32,000 nucleotides of DNA from Synechococcus sp. A15-24 (GTDB lineage Bacteria > Cyanobacteriota > Cyanobacteriia > PCC-6307 > Cyanobiaceae), in contig NZ_CP047960.1 of the NCBI RefSeq assembly GCF_014280195.1, positions 300,001 to 332,000 on the forward strand, read 5' to 3'. A model generated the notes under the pieces. It was not told the DNA's origin and searched no databases. It saw only the letters and a program-made list of their open reading frames with translations. The translations under genes and the position numbers were made by a program. Below are positions 27,791 through 32,000 of this stretch, one piece after another. Every line of letters begins with the position of its first letter. The stretch's first letter is position 1.

Positions 27791-28383
27791 TGCTCAAGAA
27801 CGATCGCTGGATCGCCGAACAGGCCGCGCAGGGCATGCTCGAACCCTTCCAGAAGGGCTTGGTCCGCCATCTGGATCCCGAGCAGCAGGCCAGGCCTGTG
27901 CTGAGTTTCGGTTGTTCCTCCTATGGCTATGACCTGCGCCTTTCAGCGCAGGAATTCATGATTTTTCGCCATGTGCCGGGCACGGTGATGAATCCCAAGC
28001 GCTTCAACCCCGCCAACCTCGAGCCGACGCCGTTGCATGAGGACGAGGACGGTCGTTATTTCATCCTGCCGGCCCATTCCTATGGCCTTGGCGTTGCGCT
28101 GGAGAAGATGCGCGTCCCGCCCAACATCACGGTGATCTGCCTTGGCAAGAGCACCTATGCCCGTCTGGGCATCATCGTGAACACCACGCCTGCAGAAGCG
28201 AGCTGGGAAGGACACCTCACCCTTGAGTTCAGCAACAGCTCCGGTGCCGACTGCCGCATTTACGCCGAAGAAGGGATCTGTCAGCTGTTGTTCTTCGAGG
28301 GAGATCCCTGCGACACCACCTACAGCGATCGCCAGGGCAAATATCAACATCAACCGGAGCGGGTCACCCTGGCTCGGATCTAA
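27790..28383 (+). CDS. dcd: dCTP deaminase
   Basis: 197 aa. N-terminus MLKNDRWI, SYGYDLRL, and GKSTYARLGIIVNTTPAEASWEGHLTLEFSN are typical of the Dcd/dUTPase fold. Confidence 0.95.
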   Translation: MLKNDRWIAEQAAQGMLEPFQKGLVRHLDPEQQARPVLSFGCSSYGYDLRLSAQEFMIFRHVPGTVMNPKRFNPANLEPTPLHEDEDGRYFILPAHSYGLGVALEKMRVPPNITVICLGKSTYARLGIIVNTTPAEASWEGHLTLEFSNSSGADCRIYAEEGICQLLFFEGDPCDTTYSDRQGKYQHQPERVTLARI

Positions 28384-29102
28384 GGGGCCAGCCTGGCGCG
28401 GTGAAGCCTGCTTTTCTTATACCAGCCCGCAAATTCAGGGGCCCAGGCCACCATGTGCGGCCACATCAGATCGCAGAGCTGGCGGATTTCCAGCTGCGCG
28501 TCGAGCTTGGCCCGTAGATCCATGAAGTGCAGAAAGGCCCGCAGACTGAAGCTCACCACGAAGTGCTGGCGATAGTCGAAGGGAAGGATGCCCCGGGCAT
28601 GCTCTTCAGCGAAGCCTGCTGTTAGCAGGTCGCGATAACGCTCAGCTGAGGCTCGGCAATGGTCGAGGTCCAGGGCCCGCTGGCTTTCGGTATAGGCGTA
28701 TTTCTTGCCCTGGCGATCGCTGTAGTCACCGACCGGTCGCAGGTAGAACACCTCCTCAAGATCCAGATCGCCGTTGGCAGCGCGGCAGATGCGCTCACCG
28801 GTGTATCGCATCGACTGCACATCAAAGCTGACGCCCACCCGGTGGGTGCGTGCCTGCTGCATGACAGAATGGGGGAACCAACCCACATTCAGCACGATCT
28901 GGGCGTGCTCCATCGGGCCGTAATGACCGCGTTCCCCAGCCAGCAGGCGTTTGACGCAGATCTCCCCCGCCCGTTGTTCATCGGGCCAGTTCTCACGATC
29001 AGCCGCGACGAAGCCCTCGCTGTAGTCCTGATGCATGGCCGCATACACACAGAGCTGAGGGTTGGGTGTGGCAGCGATCAGATCAACCCGGAAGCGATCC
29101 AT
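28380..29102 (-). CDS. thyX: flavin-dependent thymidylate synthase
   Basis: 240 aa with the ThyX signature RHRxxSxxxxSxR, here ARTHRVGVSFDVQSMRY. Confidence 0.95.
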   Translation of the reverse strand: MDRFRVDLIAATPNPQLCVYAAMHQDYSEGFVAADRENWPDEQRAGEICVKRLLAGERGHYGPMEHAQIVLNVGWFPHSVMQQARTHRVGVSFDVQSMRYTGERICRAANGDLDLEEVFYLRPVGDYSDRQGKKYAYTESQRALDLDHCRASAERYRDLLTAGFAEEHARGILPFDYRQHFVVSFSLRAFLHFMDLRAKLDAQLEIRQLCDLMWPHMVAWAPEFAGWYKKSRLHRARLAP

Positions 29103-29179
29103 GGTGATGACGACGGGTCAGTGTGGTGATCATGCCGCTGATGACGGCAAGCTGCCCGCATGAATCCACTGCACGGTGA

Positions 29180-29770
29180 TCAACCGTGGCTGCGGGGACC
29201 AGACGTTGAGGATGCCTGTTGTGGTGCGTCGTCCGTGCGTTCACTGACACGACCCAGCCCCTGCAAGGACGGCAGTGGGGAGTCCTGAATCAACGCATCG
29301 GCGAGAAGGGAGAGTTCCTCGCCCCGTCGCAGGCCAATGGAGCGGCCGACGGCATCACCCTCGGCATTGAACAGATTGAGCTGGGGGATTCCGTTGACGT
29401 CGTAGCGATCAACCAGGTCCTGCCAGCGCGGGTTGTCAACGTTCACCATCACCACGTCCAGCTGTTGTTGCGTGCTCTGCTCAAGCTTCAGCATCGCCGG
29501 AGCCATCTCGCGGCAGACCTGGCACCAGTCGGCATAGAACTCAATCATCGTCGGACGCCCGTTGCTGAGGGCGACGTCAGGAGTTAGGGAACGCCGGGCC
29601 AGCTGTTCCAGAGGGGATCCGCTCTGCAATCCACCCCGCATCATGGTGAGACCAACAGCCAGGACGATGGCGGCCACCACAAGCACGATCCGTTGAACAG
29701 GACCCAGCAGTGGTTGTGGAGAACTGCCTGTCATGGCCTTGTCTGGGGGTGAATCCACTTTGGCAGTCAC
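29180..29770 (-). CDS. membrane-anchored thioredoxin-like protein (TxlA / HCF164-like)
   Basis: One N-terminal TM helix (IVLVVAAIVLAVGLTMM) followed by a thioredoxin fold with the WCQVC active site. GTG 29770 or ATG 29734 could be the start. Confidence 0.8.
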   Translation of the reverse strand: MTAKVDSPPDKAMTGSSPQPLLGPVQRIVLVVAAIVLAVGLTMMRGGLQSGSPLEQLARRSLTPDVALSNGRPTMIEFYADWCQVCREMAPAMLKLEQSTQQQLDVVMVNVDNPRWQDLVDRYDVNGIPQLNLFNAEGDAVGRSIGLRRGEELSLLADALIQDSPLPSLQGLGRVSERTDDAPQQASSTSGPRSHG

Positions 29771-29798
29771 CTCTGATCCCCGTGATTAGCGTGAGGCC

Positions 29799-30302
29799 AT
29801 GGGTTGTTTTGGTCTCCTGAACCTGCCGCTGCGGGCGCCGATGCTCAACGTGCTCTTCGTAGTCGCTGTGGTGATGGGCCACCAGTGGTCAATGGCCCAG
29901 ATCCAGTTCATGCACTCCCGCAGCATCTCTCTGGAACTGCTGTTCGTTGTTGAAGGGGTACAGCTGCTGGCGGTGTTGGTGATCTGCACCATGCCGGACT
30001 TGCTGATGCGGAGACTCTCGTTGGTGATGGCGTCCAGTCGGGTCATGACCCTGCTCGTCACGCTTTTGATGGTGATCGTCCTTGGGATTTACCTGCTGAG
30101 GCTGAACTTGCTGTCTGATCTGCTGATCCTGGCTTCAGCGCTGTTGTTGGCGCGGCTTGATCTAGTCCGTCTTGGGGTGATGACTGCCCCCCGGCGCTCG
30201 CTGTTGCTGTTGGGAATCGTTCTCGTTGCCGGAATTGGACTTGGCCACTGTTTACCCCATCCCCTCGGCGCGGTCGTCGCACCCGGGCCACGCGTGGTCT
30301 GA
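29799..30302 (+). CDS. hypothetical polytopic membrane protein
   Basis: 167 aa, Leu/Val-rich, with about five hydrophobic segments. G/C-rich third positions. There is no competing gene on the opposite strand except the last 51 nt, which overlap the slt tail. No family recognised. Confidence 0.5.
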   Translation: MGCFGLLNLPLRAPMLNVLFVVAVVMGHQWSMAQIQFMHSRSISLELLFVVEGVQLLAVLVICTMPDLLMRRLSLVMASSRVMTLLVTLLMVIVLGIYLLRLNLLSDLLILASALLLARLDLVRLGVMTAPRRSLLLLGIVLVAGIGLGHCLPHPLGAVVAPGPRVV

Positions 30303-32000
30303 GTAACCCAAAAGATTGTCGAGAACTTTTTTGGTGTAGTAGCGGGTTTCGGCGTAAGGAATCCGCTCCACCCAGAGTTCGATGTCCTCGTCGTTGCGGG
30401 GCTGAGGCCAGGAACGCACCGTGCCAGGGCCGGCGTTGTAGCTGGCAATGCTGAGGAAAGCATCCTCTTCCCAGAGCTGCAGCAGTGATCTCAGGTACGC
30501 AGCCCCGAGGGAGATGTTTGTCGAAGGCTCCATCAGCTCATGCTCCGAAAGCGGTTTCCCGGCGACGGAGGCGGCCGTTTCGGGCATGAGTTGCATCACA
30601 CCAACGGCTCCAGCAATTGAACGCACGCCTGGAGAAAAGCGCGACTCCTGTTTTGCGATGGCCAACAACAACGTTGGATCCACCCCGTGCTGCGTCGATG
30701 CGGACTGGATGGCTTGTTGGAAGACGACAGGGTTCTGGCTCCGTTGCAGCAGCAGTCGCTGCCGACAGCTCGTGGGCACCCATCGCACACTCAGTCGCCA
30801 GAGCTGATCGAGGCCGCGCCAGGGGTCATTCACGCTGAGCCGCAGTCGTCCCTCCACCAACTGTTCCTCTGCTGCCAGGGGGTCTCGGGGATCACGCAGC
30901 GATAGCCAGGCGTCCCATGCCTGTTCGGTGAGCCCCAGCCTCCAGAGGGTGTCCACCTCTGGATAGCGACTGTTGAGAGGAGCCCACACCGGGACGGGCA
31001 GGGTTGTTGATGGTTTATTCAGATGCAGGGTCTTGGCTTCACCCAGACGCACTTCTGCCCGCCAGCGGTAATACCCTGGGCGGTGGGTGCCGATCAATCG
31101 CCGCCAATGGCGTTTGGCGGCGGTGCTGTTGCCTGTCCGTTCTTCAGTGAGCCCCAGCCAGAACAGTTGCCGTGCTTCCAGAGGGGGCGGCAAGGTGCCT
31201 GCAGGCAGGGCCATCAACAGGTCCCGGGCCCGTTCCCACTGCTCATCGAGCAGGGCAAACCGAGCTTCATCCCACTGCAGCTGCCAGCTATCGCGGTCGT
31301 CAGGCCACCGTTTGAGCACGTTGATGGCGCCATTGCCAGCATTGAGCCGAACCTGTGCCGCGGCCATAGCAGCGGAGCGCTCCGCCAGGGCTGGCGGAAT
31401 GGCTTCTACGAGTGCCGGGTCCGGCAGCAGAGGCTCCATCAGCAGACGAACAGCTTCATCACTGGCCAATGATTTCGGCTGCCGCTGGGTGAGCTCCAAC
31501 AGCATTAGTTTCCCTTGGATGCGCTGCTCCTCACCACCCCGCAACAGGGCACGCCCCACGGCGAGCGCTGTCTCCGCTCCAGCTGCTTTCCCTTGCAGAC
31601 AGTCCAAGGCGGGGGATCCGGCTCCGAGCATGGCCAGGGCCCAGGCAAGGCTCTGGCGCTGTGCCTGGGTCGGCTCCCTGGCGCTGCAGGCTGCTTTCAG
31701 TCGGTCCATCGCGCCCGGCCAGCGCCAACCCCAACGCGCCAGATGGTGTGCTCCCTGATGCCCCCGTTCCGGGGTTGGCTCCAGGGCCACGGCGGTGGCC
31801 AGGGCTGCGGGGTGAGACGGATGCAGCTTTAGCAGCTCCTGACGCAGGCCAGGGACGTGCTGCCGGGCTCTCGCGCTCACGGTTGTCTCCGGAAAGCGGA
31901 TCAGCAGTTGTTGCCAGAGGACGTCTGCCGCTGTGTGATTCCCCCGGCGCTTCTCTCTCTCGGCGGCAAGGGCCAGAGCAACGGCGGCCAGGGGATCGTC
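30252..32000 (-). CDS. soluble lytic murein transglycosylase (Slt70-like), 5' end beyond the window
   Basis: C-terminal SLT domain (AIAKQESRFSPGV, GVMQLMPETA, SYNAGPG) is preceded by a long helical-repeat region. The frame stays open upstream of the track's GTG 31880 through base 32000 (DDPLAAVALALAAEREKRRGNHTAADVLWQQLLIRFPETT...), so the gene is truncated by the window edge. Confidence 0.85.
   Translation of the reverse strand, partial: DDPLAAVALALAAEREKRRGNHTAADVLWQQLLIRFPETTVSARARQHVPGLRQELLKLHPSHPAALATAVALEPTPERGHQGAHHLARWGWRWPGAMDRLKAACSAREPTQAQRQSLAWALAMLGAGSPALDCLQGKAAGAETALAVGRALLRGGEEQRIQGKLMLLELTQRQPKSLASDEAVRLLMEPLLPDPALVEAIPPALAERSAAMAAAQVRLNAGNGAINVLKRWPDDRDSWQLQWDEARFALLDEQWERARDLLMALPAGTLPPPLEARQLFWLGLTEERTGNSTAAKRHWRRLIGTHRPGYYRWRAEVRLGEAKTLHLNKPSTTLPVPVWAPLNSRYPEVDTLWRLGLTEQAWDAWLSLRDPRDPLAAEEQLVEGRLRLSVNDPWRGLDQLWRLSVRWVPTSCRQRLLLQRSQNPVVFQQAIQSASTQHGVDPTLLLAIAKQESRFSPGVRSIAGAVGVMQLMPETAASVAGKPLSEHELMEPSTNISLGAAYLRSLLQLWEEDAFLSIASYNAGPGTVRSWPQPRNDEDIELWVERIPYAETRYYTKKVLDNLLGYSDHAWPGCDDRAEGMG

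Noticed and set aside
27790-28383. dcd as a possible anti-phage dCTP-depletion defence gene.
   Set aside because: It is a minimal 197-aa housekeeping-type Dcd with no extra sensor or kinase domain. It sits stop-to-stop with thyX in a core-metabolism context, with no neighbouring defence or mobile genes.

Overview
This is a dense, almost gap-free core-genome segment. It looks like a marine picocyanobacterium of the high-GC Synechococcus type. That is an inference from the PSII genes psbI/psbN/psbH, ntcA, amt1, HIP1 palindromes, roughly 60% GC by eye, and remembered gene order. I call 36 protein genes, two of them cut by the window edges, plus one tRNA-Arg(ACG). The genes are housekeeping: purH, ispH, amt1, sfsA, murJ, glyA, a WecA/Rfe-type transferase, cinA, leuCD, a lumenal-type pentapeptide-repeat protein, an LptD/OstA-like outer-membrane protein, a GH38 alpha-mannosidase-like enzyme, tatA, pth, ntcA, rph, a CobA/CobO-like protein, dcd, thyX, a TxlA-like thioredoxin and an Slt-type transglycosylase. 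psbI (39 aa) and psbN (46 aa) fall below the ORF-track cutoff and were recovered by hand translation. Several track ORFs are over-extended at the 5' end (glyA across the tRNA, murJ into sfsA, amt1, rph, GH38), and I propose shorter starts. I found no transposase, integrase, CRISPR array, rRNA or recognisable defence island. The window therefore reads as ordinary core genome, and all leads are modest. The leads are: (1) a CobA/CobO-family protein whose Walker-A loop is obliterated, translationally coupled to dcd and facing thyX. (2) A membrane-anchored coiled-coil protein coupled by ATGA to a small RuvC/YqgF-like nuclease just downstream of ntcA. (3) The GH38 enzyme wedged between psbI and psbN, overlapping psbN at its 3' end and starting 37 bp from psbI. 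(4) A textbook NtcA-type promoter for ntcA laid over the rph stop codon, and an imperfect NtcA box plus an SD/anti-SD palindrome in the ambiguous amt1 5' region. (5) All eight convergent gene junctions have 8 nt or less of spacer, or overlap, leaving no room for terminators. All long antisense ORFs are explained as GC3-driven, codon-aligned shadow frames.
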